Part shown: positions 38,671 through 48,505 of the stretch, piece after piece
How positions within the stretch are numbered: the stretch's first letter is position 1
How the letters are laid out: each line of letters opens with the position of its first letter
Source of the DNA: Meridianimarinicoccus sp.
GTDB lineage: Bacteria; Pseudomonadota; Alphaproteobacteria; Rhodobacterales; Rhodobacteraceae
Reading direction: 5' to 3'
Assembly (NCBI GenBank): GCA_036770665.1
Contig: DAIPIS010000002.1
Span: 1,620 to 65,619, forward strand
Length of the DNA: 64,000 bases
Made by a program: the position numbers and the translations under genes
Notes under the pieces: model-generated
Database searches by the model: none
What the model saw: the letters and a program-made list of their open reading frames with translations, nothing else
What the model was told of the DNA's origin: nothing

Positions 38671-39924
38671 TTGAGCTTTCGTTTCGTTCACACCGCCGAT
38701 CTTCATCTCGACGCGCCGTTGCGGGCGATCGCCCTGCGTGATCCCGATCTGGCGCTTCAGGTGGGCGTGGCGTCGCGCATCGCGTTTTCCCGCATCATCG
38801 ACCTGTGCATTGCCGAATCCGTCGCGTTCCTGCTCATCGCGGGCGATCTGTGGGACGGCACGCACAGTTCGACCAAGACACCCCGCTTTCTGAAACAGGA
38901 ACTGTTGCGCCTGCAGGACGCCGGCATCCGGTGCTTCGTCATTCGGGGCAACCACGATGCGCTGGCCCGCCAGACCGGGGAACTGGCGTTGCCGTCCAAC
39001 GCCGTCCTGTTCGGCGGCCGGGCGGGCACCGAGGTGCTCGATATCGATGGCCAGCCGGTCGCCATCCACGGGCTGAGCTTTCGTGATCCCCATGCGCCCG
39101 ACAGCCTGTTGCCGCGCTATCCGGCGGCGACACCGGGCGCGTTCAACATCGGCCTGATGCATACCAGCCTGAACGGCAGTCCCGGCCACGACCATTACGC
39201 GCCGTGCAGCCTCGCCGATCTGGATGCGCACGGCTACGACTACTGGGCGCTTGGCCATATCCATCGCCGCGCGGACCACATCGGGCAAGCCACGATCGTC
39301 ATGCCCGGCATCCCGCAGGGGCGCGATATCGGCGAAGCAGGGGCGGCGTCGGTCACGCTGGTCACCGTGGCGGACGACAACAGCATCACGCTGGACCAGC
39401 GCAGCGTCGCCTGCCTGCGGTTCGACAGGGTCGATCTGGCGTGCGACGGGATGGTCGACTGGGCGGACCTGCTGGCGGCGCTGGACCGCACGATCCGCGC
39501 GGCGGGACAGGCGCAGCGGCCGGAGGATCACCTGGTGCTGCGCCCGGTCCTGCGCGGGGCCACGTCGCTGGCGTGGCGGATCGCCCGCGATCTGGACCGG
39601 CTGACCGAGGAAGCCCGCGCCTTTGCCGCATCGGCCGGGGTCTGGATCGACAAGCTGGACCTGCGGGTGACCGGCGACGCCACGGTCGCGTCCGGCGATC
39701 TGCCCGCCGACCTGGTGCGCACGGTGCTCGAAGATCTCCCCCAGGACCCTGCACTGATCGCCGCGATGCAGTCCGCGGCGCGGGACCTGCTGCGCGACCT
39801 TCCCCCCGATCTGCGCGGCCTGCTGGGCGCGGACGAAGCGGACCTCGCGGCGCGCTGCCATGATCTTCTGGCGCAGGGCGCACCGCGCGTGCTGGCGGGG
39901 CTTACGCCGGACGGGGCGGCCTGA
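38671..39924 (+). CDS. Mre11/SbcD-like metallophosphoesterase (YhaO family)
   Basis: FVHTADLHLD, AGDLWD, GNHD, MHT, YWALGHIH, PQGRDIGE; TTG start. Confidence 0.9.
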   Translation: MSFRFVHTADLHLDAPLRAIALRDPDLALQVGVASRIAFSRIIDLCIAESVAFLLIAGDLWDGTHSSTKTPRFLKQELLRLQDAGIRCFVIRGNHDALARQTGELALPSNAVLFGGRAGTEVLDIDGQPVAIHGLSFRDPHAPDSLLPRYPAATPGAFNIGLMHTSLNGSPGHDHYAPCSLADLDAHGYDYWALGHIHRRADHIGQATIVMPGIPQGRDIGEAGAASVTLVTVADDNSITLDQRSVACLRFDRVDLACDGMVDWADLLAALDRTIRAAGQAQRPEDHLVLRPVLRGATSLAWRIARDLDRLTEEARAFAASAGVWIDKLDLRVTGDATVASGDLPADLVRTVLEDLPQDPALIAAMQSAARDLLRDLPPDLRGLLGADEADLAARCHDLLAQGAPRVLAGLTPDGAA

Positions 39925-42900
39925 TGCGGCTGGAACGGCTGGATCTGACCCGCTATGGCCGGTTCACCGACCGCAGCCTTGTGCTGGCGCAACCCGCCCC
40001 CGGTGGGCCGGACCTGCACGTCGTCTACGGCCCCAACGAGGCCGGGAAATCCACCCTGTTCTCGGCATGGCTGGACCTGCTGTTCGGCATCCCGTCCCGC
40101 ACGCGCCATGATTTCCTGCATCCCGGCCCGACGATGCGGATCGGCGCGGTCTTGACCCATGCCGGGGACACGCTGGATATCACGCGGCTGAAGCGCAACG
40201 GGCCCAGCCTGTTCGACAGGCACGATGCGCCCCTGCCCGACGCGGTCCTGCAAGGTGCGCTCGGCGGGCTGACGCGGGACGGCTATTCGGCGATGTTCTC
40301 GCTCGATGATGACACACTTGAAAAGGGCGGCGAGGGCATTCTCGCCAGCCGCGGCGATCTGGGGGAGATGCTGTTCTCGGCCAGTGCGGGCCTGTCCAGC
40401 CTTGCGCCGCAGCTTGACGCCCTGCGCAAGCGGCTCGACGGTTTTCACGCCAGCGGCAAGCGCAGCGGCTGGCTCCACGACGCCAGGAAGGAACTTGCCG
40501 CGCTCGACCGGCAGCGCAAGGATTTGGAGGTGTCGGCGGGTGCCTTGCAGAAGCTGACCCGCGACGCGACTGCGACCGAACAGGCCTGGCGTGCGGCCCG
40601 CGCACGCGAGGAGGCGATGCAGGCCGATCTGGACCGGTTGCAGGATCTGGCCGGAACCCTGCCGCTCCGGTCCCGGCTGGCCGGATTGCACGACCGGCTG
40701 GCCCCGTTGAACCACCTGCCCGACGCCGTGCCCGACGTGCTGGCCCGGTTCACCGGGATCGAGACCGACCGCCGGGATCTGGCCAACCGCATCGCGGACC
40801 GCGCCCTGCGGCTGCAGGGGCTCGAAGACCAGCGTGCCGCGCTGCCGGACGATCCCGATGCGCTGGCGCAGGCGGCGGCGATCGACGCGGCCGAAGCCCT
40901 GCGGCCCGCGCACGACACCGCCGTCGCGGATCTGCCCCGCCGCCGGGAAGCGGCACAGGATGCGACCGGCCGGATGGCCGTGCTTCTGGCGAAGCTGGGC
41001 CACGCAGATGCAGCCCCCGCCGATATCTGTCTGTCGGCGGCGCGGCTGTCGTCGCTGCGTGCGCTGCTGACGGCGCGGTCCGGGCTGCAAGGTGCCGCCG
41101 CAAGTGCTGCCGCCGAAACCCGCAAGGCCGCGGCGCTGCGCGACCGCGAACGGGACAGGCTGGGCGACCCCGGCCCCGCCGAGGACGCCGCGGCACTGGC
41201 GGCACTCGTTGCCCGGCTGCGCGCGCAGGACCCTGCCGACCTGCGCGCCCGTGCCCTGCGGGACCGGGACGAGGCGCGGGGTCGGCTGGACGCTGCCATC
41301 GCCGCGCTCGCCCCCTGGACCGGTGACGCCGACAGCCTTGCGGCGCTGGCCGTCCCTTCGGACGGGCAGATCGCAGGATGGGCGGACGCGCTGGACACCG
41401 CGCACCAGCAGATGCGCGATGCGGGGCGCGACGCGGACGCCCTGCGCGACGACCTGGCCCGCCTGCACGCCGCTGCGGCGGAACACGCGGCGGCGCAGGC
41501 GGCAGGCGGTGTCACGCTGGACGATGCGGCGGAGGCGCGCCGCAGCCGTGAGGCGCACTGGGCGGCGCATCTGGCCGACCTGACCGCCGCCAGCGCCCGG
41601 CATTTCGAACAGGCCATGCGCGTCGATGACCGGATATCCGCCCTGCTCGCCGATGCGATGGCCGACGCGCGGCGGGTGGCGCGCGACCGGGCGGCGCAGG
41701 ACAGCCTGGCAGCCCGACTGGCCGAGGCCGACGCGCGGCAGGCCGCCGCATGCACCGCGCTGACCGCGACGCGCACCGCGATCGACGCCGCCTGCGTGGC
41801 GCTTGGCCTGCCGGGGTGCGGCTTGCCGGACCTGACGGCGTGGCGCGACCGGCGCGCCACCGCGTTGGCAGAACGTGCGGCGCTGCGCGATGCGGAAACC
41901 GGCGTGGCGCGCTGCACGGAGGCCGTTGAGGTTGCCTGCCGGACGCTGGGCGCAGCCCTTGGCCGGAGCGTCGCCGACCCCGCGCCGGATTTCGAGATCC
42001 TGTTCGCCGAGGCCGTCGCGCGGCTGGAGGCGTCCGACCGCCGCCGCGAGGCGCGCGACAGGCTGCGCGCGCTCGACGCCGACCTGCGCGACCGCCAGCA
42101 GGCAGAGGCGGACGCCGCGGCGGCGCTGGCCGCGTGGCGGCAGGGATGGGCCGATGCCAGCCGCGACAGCATCCTTGCAGGCTGGTCCGACGACGATCCC
42201 GGCCTTGGCACGGTGCTCGACCTGCTCGACCAGTTGGGCAGCGATCATCAGGCCGCCGCCGCGTTGCACGACCGCATCGACAAGATGGAGGCGAACCGCG
42301 CCCGTTTCGTCGCGGCGAAGGCGGGCGTGCTGGCGGTGCTCGATCTGGGTGATACCACCGCGTGGTCCGATGTGCTGGCACGCCTGCGGCGCGCGCAGGA
42401 CGCCGCCCGCGACCGGGACACGCTGACGCGCCAGATCGCGCAGGAGCGCCAGCAGGACATCGCCGATCATCGCCAGCGCGACGCGCGCGACGCGGAAGCG
42501 CACCGGCTTGGCGCGGCACTCGGCTGGACCGGGGGGGACGACAGCCTCGCCGACCACGTGGCCCGCTGCCACGCGGCGGCGACGCTGCGCCGGGACATCG
42601 CGGTCCTCGCCGACGACCTGCGCGACCGCCCCGTGCCCGCCGCGCACGAGGATGCCGATACCGTCCGGCAGGCCATCGCCACGCTGAAGGCCGACCTCCA
42701 GATCCTGCGCGCCGACACCGAAACCTGCCTTGCCGCGCATCTGGACGCCAAGGGCCGGATCGACGCCGTGGGCGGCGACGATGCGCTCGCCCGGATCGCG
42801 GCGGCGCGGGAAACCCTGCTTCTGGATATCCGCGACCGGGCCGAGGCGCATCTCGCCGCCCGGTTCGGCCTGATGTCGTTCGAAGCGGGATTGCGCCGGT

Positions 42901-43325
42901 ACCGCGACAGCCATCGCAGCGCCATGCTGGCCCGCGCATCGGACGCCTTCGGCCAACTCAGCCGCGGGGCATATGCCGGTCTCGCAGCACAGCCCGACGG
43001 GGCACAGGAGGTGCTGGTCGCCCTGGCCGCCGACGGTGGCGCGAAACTGGCCGCCGACCTGTCCAAGGGCACGCGGTTTCAGCTCTATCTGGCCCTGCGC
43101 ATCGCGGGGTATCACGAGCTGGCCAGAAGCCGCCCGACCGTGCCCTTCATCGCCGACGACATCATGGAAACCTTCGACGATGACCGGTCCGGCGCGGCAT
43201 TCGCGCTGCTGGCGGACATGTCGCGCGTGGGCCAGGTGATCTACCTGACCCATCATCGCCACCTGTGCGACATCGCCCGCGCCGTCTGCCCGTACGTCAA
43301 TGTTGTCGACCTTGGCGCGACGTGA
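39924..43325 (+). CDS. SMC/Rad50-like coiled-coil ATPase (YhaN / AAA_27 family)
   Basis: YGPNEAGKST Walker A, long coiled coil, LSKGTRFQLYLALR signature, FIADDIMETFDD Walker B, YLTHH. Confidence 0.9.
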   Translation: MRLERLDLTRYGRFTDRSLVLAQPAPGGPDLHVVYGPNEAGKSTLFSAWLDLLFGIPSRTRHDFLHPGPTMRIGAVLTHAGDTLDITRLKRNGPSLFDRHDAPLPDAVLQGALGGLTRDGYSAMFSLDDDTLEKGGEGILASRGDLGEMLFSASAGLSSLAPQLDALRKRLDGFHASGKRSGWLHDARKELAALDRQRKDLEVSAGALQKLTRDATATEQAWRAARAREEAMQADLDRLQDLAGTLPLRSRLAGLHDRLAPLNHLPDAVPDVLARFTGIETDRRDLANRIADRALRLQGLEDQRAALPDDPDALAQAAAIDAAEALRPAHDTAVADLPRRREAAQDATGRMAVLLAKLGHADAAPADICLSAARLSSLRALLTARSGLQGAAASAAAETRKAAALRDRERDRLGDPGPAEDAAALAALVARLRAQDPADLRARALRDRDEARGRLDAAIAALAPWTGDADSLAALAVPSDGQIAGWADALDTAHQQMRDAGRDADALRDDLARLHAAAAEHAAAQAAGGVTLDDAAEARRSREAHWAAHLADLTAASARHFEQAMRVDDRISALLADAMADARRVARDRAAQDSLAARLAEADARQAAACTALTATRTAIDAACVALGLPGCGLPDLTAWRDRRATALAERAALRDAETGVARCTEAVEVACRTLGAALGRSVADPAPDFEILFAEAVARLEASDRRREARDRLRALDADLRDRQQAEADAAAALAAWRQGWADASRDSILAGWSDDDPGLGTVLDLLDQLGSDHQAAAALHDRIDKMEANRARFVAAKAGVLAVLDLGDTTAWSDVLARLRRAQDAARDRDTLTRQIAQERQQDIADHRQRDARDAEAHRLGAALGWTGGDDSLADHVARCHAAATLRRDIAVLADDLRDRPVPAAHEDADTVRQAIATLKADLQILRADTETCLAAHLDAKGRIDAVGGDDALARIAAARETLLLDIRDRAEAHLAARFGLMSFEAGLRRYRDSHRSAMLARASDAFGQLSRGAYAGLAAQPDGAQEVLVALAADGGAKLAADLSKGTRFQLYLALRIAGYHELARSRPTVPFIADDIMETFDDDRSGAAFALLADMSRVGQVIYLTHHRHLCDIARAVCPYVNVVDLGAT

Positions 43326-43604
43326 ACGTCCGTTTCCGTCCGGACCTGCCTGATCCGGTCAGGTCGGATCAGGTCGACCACGGAACCGCCCTGCGCAAGG
43401 TTGCAGGTGCAGGCGACGTCCACCACGGGTGGGCGGATTGCGCCGTCGCGCCGGGGCGCCGCGTGCCGCTGCCGGGCTGGTGGCGGCGCGTGTCATGGGG
43501 CAGGATGCTGCAGCGATCCGCAGTCGGACCATCGGGCCGGTCTGTTGCCGGGTCGGTTGGGGCGCGCCGAACCGGACCAGCGGATGAAAAGGAGAGGGAC
43601 AAAC

Positions 43605-44474
43605 ATGCAGATCGGCTTTGTCGGCCTTGGCAACATGGGGGCGCCCATGGCGGCGAACCTGTCGGCGGCCGGGCACCGGGTCGCGGGGTTCGATACCGCC
43701 GCGCGCCCCCACGGGATCGCCCTGGCAGAAAGCGCAGCCGCGGCCGCGCGCGGGGCCGACGTGGTCATCACCATGCTGCCCAACGGGGCCATCCTGCGGG
43801 CCGTGGCGGCCGAGGTGATCCCGGCGATGTCCGCCGGGGCCGTGCTGTGCGACTGTTCCACCGTGGATGTCGACAGCGCGCGCGCGGTGGCGGGCATGGC
43901 CGCGGCGGCGGGGATCGCGGCGCTGGATGCGCCGGTTTCGGGCGGCGTGGGCGGCGCGGTCGCGGGAACGCTGACCTTCATGGTGGGTGGCCCCGACGCG
44001 GCCTTTGCCGCGGTGCGCCCATTGTTCGACGTCATGGGCCGCAAGGCCGTGCAGTGCGGGGGTTCGGGTGCCGGGCAGGCCGCCAAGATCTGCAACAACA
44101 TGATCCTCGGGGCGACCATGATCGCCACCTGCGAGGCCTTCGCGCTGGCCGACAAGCTGGGCCTTGACCGGGCGCGGATGTTCGATGTGGTCTCGACCGC
44201 GTCGGGGTCGTCCTGGTCGATGAACGTCTATTGTCCTGCACCGGGGATCGGCCCGGACAGCCCGGCGGACCACGGCTACGCGCCAGGCTTCGCGGCCGAA
44301 CTGATGCTGAAGGACCTCGGCCTGAGCCAGCAGGCCGCGGCGGCGGTGGATGCCGACACGCCCATGGGCGCGCTTGCGGCTGAGTTGTACCGCCGCTTCG
44401 TCGAGGACGAGGACGGGCGCGGGCGGGATTTTTCCGCCATGCTCCCGCGCTTCGCAGCGCGCGGCCGGGGCTGA
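43605..44474 (+). CDS. mmsB: 3-hydroxyisobutyrate dehydrogenase
   Basis: GFVGLGNMG, DAPVSGG, AAKICNNM, CPAPG..P.SPA...Y.PGF; GGAGAGG RBS. Confidence 0.9.
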   Translation: MQIGFVGLGNMGAPMAANLSAAGHRVAGFDTAARPHGIALAESAAAAARGADVVITMLPNGAILRAVAAEVIPAMSAGAVLCDCSTVDVDSARAVAGMAAAAGIAALDAPVSGGVGGAVAGTLTFMVGGPDAAFAAVRPLFDVMGRKAVQCGGSGAGQAAKICNNMILGATMIATCEAFALADKLGLDRARMFDVVSTASGSSWSMNVYCPAPGIGPDSPADHGYAPGFAAELMLKDLGLSQQAAAAVDADTPMGALAAELYRRFVEDEDGRGRDFSAMLPRFAARGRG

Positions 44475-44692
44475 CCGGCGCGGCACCGGCCATGCCGCCG
44501 GGCCGTGGCCCGCCGCGCGCGATGGGTGTGGCCCGGTTTAATGGCGGATCGCATCGGTGGGGTCGTGCCGGGCGGTCCGGTCCCTTCGGTGCCGCCCCGG
44601 GCCGGGATATCATGCACCAACCCTACCGCGGGACCGACCGTCACCCTGGCGGACCGGCGGTCGGCCGCGCACGCGGCGGCACCCCTGCGTCG

Positions 44693-45787
44693 TCAGTCCG
44701 CGGTCGCCGGATCGGCGCGGCCCACGTCTTCGGGCGCCACGGAGACGGACTTGATGATGGCATGGCACGTCTGACCGGGCGCAAGCCCCATCGCCGCAGC
44801 CGAGCGCCGGGTGATGCGGGCCAGAAGCCGGTCGTCGCCGACCTGCAGCGTGACGAGGGTATCGGGCCCCTGCCCCGGCCGCAGTCCGACCACGGTTCCC
44901 GCCAGCAGGTTCAGCGCCGACAGGCCCGCGGGCCGCGTCCGCGACAGGATCACGTCCTGCGCCGGGATGCGCACCCGGATCCGCGCGCCGGCCTGCGCCG
45001 CGACCCGCGGCAGCCAGAGCGTCCCGGCGGGCGTGTCCAGTTCGCTCAAGCCGTCCGCGTGGTGCGCCGTCACACGCGCCGTGAGCACCGACGCAGCCCC
45101 GCGCGCGCCCATCGCGTCCACATCGCCCAGAACCGCGGCGGCAGTGCCTTGCGCCACGACGCGTCCGGCATCCAGCGCGATGACCGTCGTGGCCAGTCGC
45201 GCCACCTCGGACGGCGCATGGCTGACATAGAGGATCGGCACCTGCGCCTCGTCGCGCAGCCTTTCGAAATAGGGCAGGATCTCGGCCTTGCGCGCTTCGT
45301 CGAGTGCCGCGAGCGGCTCGTCGGCAAGGATCAGGCGCGGCGCGGACAAAAGCGCGCGTCCGATGGCCACGCGGCTCTTCTCGCCACCAGACAGCGCGCC
45401 GGGACGCCGGTCCAGCAGCGGCCCGATGCCCAGCAGATCGACGATGTGGCCCATGTCCGCGCGCGGGGTGCCGCGCGGGGCGCACCACGCGCCATAGGCC
45501 AGGTTCTGCCGGACAGAGAGATGCGGAAAGAGCCGACCTTCCTGGAAGATGTAGCCAAGCCTGCGGCGGTGGGGCGCAAGACGGATCCCCCGGTCCGTGT
45601 CCAGCAGGATCCAGTCACCGGACGCGATGCGCCCCGCGTCGGGCATCACCAGCCCGGCCACGGCATTCACGACCGTGGTCTTGCCGGACCCGGACCGGCC
45701 GAACAGCACCGTCACCCCCGGCGGCGCGCGGAACGCCACATCCAGCGCGAACCCGGCAAAGGCGTGGCGCACCGACACCTCCAGCAT
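44693..45787 (-). CDS. modC: Molybdate ABC transporter ATPase
   Basis: GRSGSGKT, FQEGRLFPHL, LSGGE, ILADEP, C-terminal TOBE/molbindin region. Confidence 0.93.
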   Translation of the reverse strand: MLEVSVRHAFAGFALDVAFRAPPGVTVLFGRSGSGKTTVVNAVAGLVMPDAGRIASGDWILLDTDRGIRLAPHRRRLGYIFQEGRLFPHLSVRQNLAYGAWCAPRGTPRADMGHIVDLLGIGPLLDRRPGALSGGEKSRVAIGRALLSAPRLILADEPLAALDEARKAEILPYFERLRDEAQVPILYVSHAPSEVARLATTVIALDAGRVVAQGTAAAVLGDVDAMGARGAASVLTARVTAHHADGLSELDTPAGTLWLPRVAAQAGARIRVRIPAQDVILSRTRPAGLSALNLLAGTVVGLRPGQGPDTLVTLQVGDDRLLARITRRSAAAMGLAPGQTCHAIIKSVSVAPEDVGRADPATAD

Positions 45788-46482
45788 CACGCGCCCCCCA
45801 CGCGGGCGGCCACCCGCCGCGCGAGGATTTCGGACAGCACCAGCGCGCCCATGGCCACCGCCACGGACACGATCACCAGCTTCATCGCCGATGCCTCGCC
45901 CCCCGGCACCTGCAGGAAGGCGTAGATCGCGGACGGGATGGTGCGGGTCTGGCCGGGAATGTTCGACACGAAGGTGATGGTCGCCCCGAATTCCCCCATC
46001 GCCTTGGCGAAGGCAAGGATCGCGCCCGCGACGATCCCCGGCAGGCTCAGGGGCAGCGTCACGGTCAGGAACACCCGGACGGGGGACGCGCCCAGCGTGC
46101 CCGCCGCCTGTTCCAGCTTCGTGTCGACAGCTTCGATCGACAGCCGGATCGCGCGCACCATCAGCGGAAAGGCCATGACACCGGCGGCCAGCGCGGCCCC
46201 GGTCCAGCGGAATGCCAGCACGATCCCCCAGTCCTCGAGCAGACCGCCGACCGGACCGCGCGTGCCGAAGGTCAGCAGCAGCAGGTAGCCCGTCACCACC
46301 GGCGGCAGGATCAACGGCAGATGGACCAGCCCGTTCACCACCTGCTTGCCGCGGAACGACCAGCGCGCCAGCGCATGGGCGGTGAAGATGCCCAGGGGCA
46401 GGCTGAGCAGCGTCGCCCAGAACGCGACCCGGAGCGAGAGCGCGACAGCCTTCCATTCGTCTGGGCCAAGCCAGTCCGCCAT
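45787..46482 (-). CDS. modB: Molybdate ABC transporter permease
   Basis: HLPLILPPVVTG, FRWTGA, EQAAGTLGA, GEFGAT. Confidence 0.95.
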   Translation of the reverse strand: MADWLGPDEWKAVALSLRVAFWATLLSLPLGIFTAHALARWSFRGKQVVNGLVHLPLILPPVVTGYLLLLTFGTRGPVGGLLEDWGIVLAFRWTGAALAAGVMAFPLMVRAIRLSIEAVDTKLEQAAGTLGASPVRVFLTVTLPLSLPGIVAGAILAFAKAMGEFGATITFVSNIPGQTRTIPSAIYAFLQVPGGEASAMKLVIVSVAVAMGALVLSEILARRVAARVGGA

Positions 46483-46485
46483 CGC

Positions 46486-47274
46486 TCAGGGTTCCAGGAC
46501 AGTGAAGCCCTGCCGCACGAAGGCCGCGCGCGCCGCCGGGCCACGAAGATGGTCGAGAAATGCGATCGTGGCCGGAGACGCCCGGCCCGCAAGGGCCGCC
46601 ACCGGGTACACGATGGGGGGATGCGTGTCCGCCGGGAACGTGCCCACGATGGTCACGGCGTCCGACGCCGCCGCATCGGTGCCATAGACGATGCCGAAGG
46701 GCGCTTCGCCCGTGGCCACGAAGGCAAGGGCGGCGCGCACGTTGTCGGCCTGCGCCACGCGGGCTTCGATGCCGTCCCACAGCCCGAGGCTTTCCAGCGC
46801 CGCCTTGCCGTAGATCCCGGCAGGCACCGAGTCCACAAGCGCCATGGCCAACCGCCCGTCGCCGATCAGCCCGGCCAGATCGAGTTCCGCCCCGATGGTG
46901 ACCGGGGCCGCCCCGGTGCCGAAGGCCACGAGGACAAGACGGTTGCCCAGCAGGTCGAACCGCGTGCCATCCGCGATCAACCCGTCGGCCACGAGCACGT
47001 CCATCCAGTCGGGACTGGCGGAGATGAAGACATCGGCAGGCGCGCCCTGCTGGATCTGGCGGGCCAGCGCCGAGGACCCGCCAGCCGACACGACCAGATC
47101 GTGGCCCGTCGCGGCCTCGAACCCGGTTTCGATCTCGGCCAGCGCGGTGGCAAGGCTTGCCGCGGCGAAGACGACGACCGTGTCCGCCTGCGCGCGCGGT
47201 GCTGTGATCACACCGACCGACAGCAGGCCTGCGGCTGCAAGGACGACACCACGACGCCGGGCGGCACTGGACAT
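46486..47274 (-). CDS. modA: Molybdate-binding periplasmic protein
   Basis: VFAAASL, SSALARQI..GAPADVFISA, VPAGIYG, NVRAAL, HPPIVYP. Confidence 0.95.
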   Translation of the reverse strand: MSSAARRRGVVLAAAGLLSVGVITAPRAQADTVVVFAAASLATALAEIETGFEAATGHDLVVSAGGSSALARQIQQGAPADVFISASPDWMDVLVADGLIADGTRFDLLGNRLVLVAFGTGAAPVTIGAELDLAGLIGDGRLAMALVDSVPAGIYGKAALESLGLWDGIEARVAQADNVRAALAFVATGEAPFGIVYGTDAAASDAVTIVGTFPADTHPPIVYPVAALAGRASPATIAFLDHLRGPAARAAFVRQGFTVLEP

Positions 47275-47342
47275 GGGATGCGCCTCCTGCGCTGGATGTG
47301 TTCACGCGACCATATCGCAAGCGCCCGATGGCCGGGCAAGCG

Positions 47343-47726
47343 TTATTTCTCGGCGGGGATATCCCTGAGATGGGCCTGAAGCGCGGCAAGCTGCGCGTTC
47401 CCTCCGCTGGCGGCATCCCGTTCGAAGGCGCGATAGAGCGACAGGACCTCGCGCCCGAGGTCCGTCAGCACGGCCCCGCCGCCACCCGGACCACCGCGCG
47501 CGCTTTCGACCAGCGGCGCGCGGAACATCGCGTTCAGGGTCCGGATCAGTTCCCATGCCCGCTTGTAGCTCATGCCCATCTCGCGGCCCGCGGCGGCGAT
47601 GGACCCGCACCGGTCGATCCGTTCCAGCAGATCGGCCTTGCCAGGGCCCAGCATCGCGCCCGCACCGAACACGATCCGGATGCGCAGGTGCGGGCCACCG
47701 TTCTGGTCTGACAGGGCGTCGGTCAT
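47343..47726 (-). CDS. modE: ModE-type winged-helix regulator (DNA-binding domain only)
   Basis: LGPGKADLL...GSIAAAGREMGMSYKRAW...RGG..GGGA.LT; lacks molbindin domains. Confidence 0.88.
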   Translation of the reverse strand: MTDALSDQNGGPHLRIRIVFGAGAMLGPGKADLLERIDRCGSIAAAGREMGMSYKRAWELIRTLNAMFRAPLVESARGGPGGGGAVLTDLGREVLSLYRAFERDAASGGNAQLAALQAHLRDIPAEK

Positions 47727-47836
47727 GGCGGCGTGTATGCCAGCCACGCGCCTGCCGGGGCAAGCCGGAACGACGGACGGCCGATCCGTCGCCGCGATCG
47801 CCCGGCGGTTGGCAGTCCGGCAGCACCGGACGCGGG

Positions 47837-48505
47837 CTAGCGCAGCGCGCGGGCGTCGGCGGCGGTGCCGTGGCGGGGCAGCGGTGCTGCACCCCGGCCA
47901 TGGGCCATCAGCAGCATGTCGCGGACACAGGCGATGTGGGCCGTTTCCTCGATGATCTCGGCCAGGTACTGGGCGGCCATCAGGGTCTTGCCCACGCCGA
48001 TGGTGCCGTGATTGGCCAGCACCGCCGCGCGCACCGACGTGTCGGCGAAGACCGGCGAGATCTCGGCCTCGGTCTGCGGACCGCCATTGGGCGACAGCGG
48101 GATCAGCGGCATGCGCCCGATCTTTTCGATGGTCTGCACGGTCAGGCAGGGGATTTCCAGCCCCGCACTGGCATAGCCCGTGGCCCAGGGGCTGTGGCAG
48201 TGGACGATGGCGTTGATGTCCGACCGCAGCCGGTACAGCCCGAGATGGAAGTCGAGATCCTTGGACGGCACATGATCGGACGGCAGGACCGTGCCGTCCA
48301 GCAGCACCACCTGAAGGTTGTCCCGCGTGCATTCGGCGAAACCCACGCCCGACGGCTTGATGACGATGGCGTCCCCCGACCCCAGCCGCACCGACAGGTT
48401 GCCACCGGCATTGGTCTGCAGGCCAAGGTCGAAACAGCGCCGCGCGCTGGCGATCAGCGCATCCATCCGGTCGGTCAGGTCGGGAAAGCGGGCAAGGTCA
48501 GCCAT
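47837..48505 (-). CDS. Class II aldolase/epimerase family protein (AraD-like Asp)
   Basis: GGNLS, IKPSG, PSKDLDFH, HCHS, LANHG metal ligands. Confidence 0.88.
   Translation of the reverse strand: MADLARFPDLTDRMDALIASARRCFDLGLQTNAGGNLSVRLGSGDAIVIKPSGVGFAECTRDNLQVVLLDGTVLPSDHVPSKDLDFHLGLYRLRSDINAIVHCHSPWATGYASAGLEIPCLTVQTIEKIGRMPLIPLSPNGGPQTEAEISPVFADTSVRAAVLANHGTIGVGKTLMAAQYLAEIIEETAHIACVRDMLLMAHGRGAAPLPRHGTAADARALR

Noticed and set aside
47310..47365. Possible ModE box (CGTTAT...GATAT) upstream of modA
   Set aside because: Only a partial match to the TATAT-N7-TATAT-type consensus and overlaps the modE stop; too weak to call
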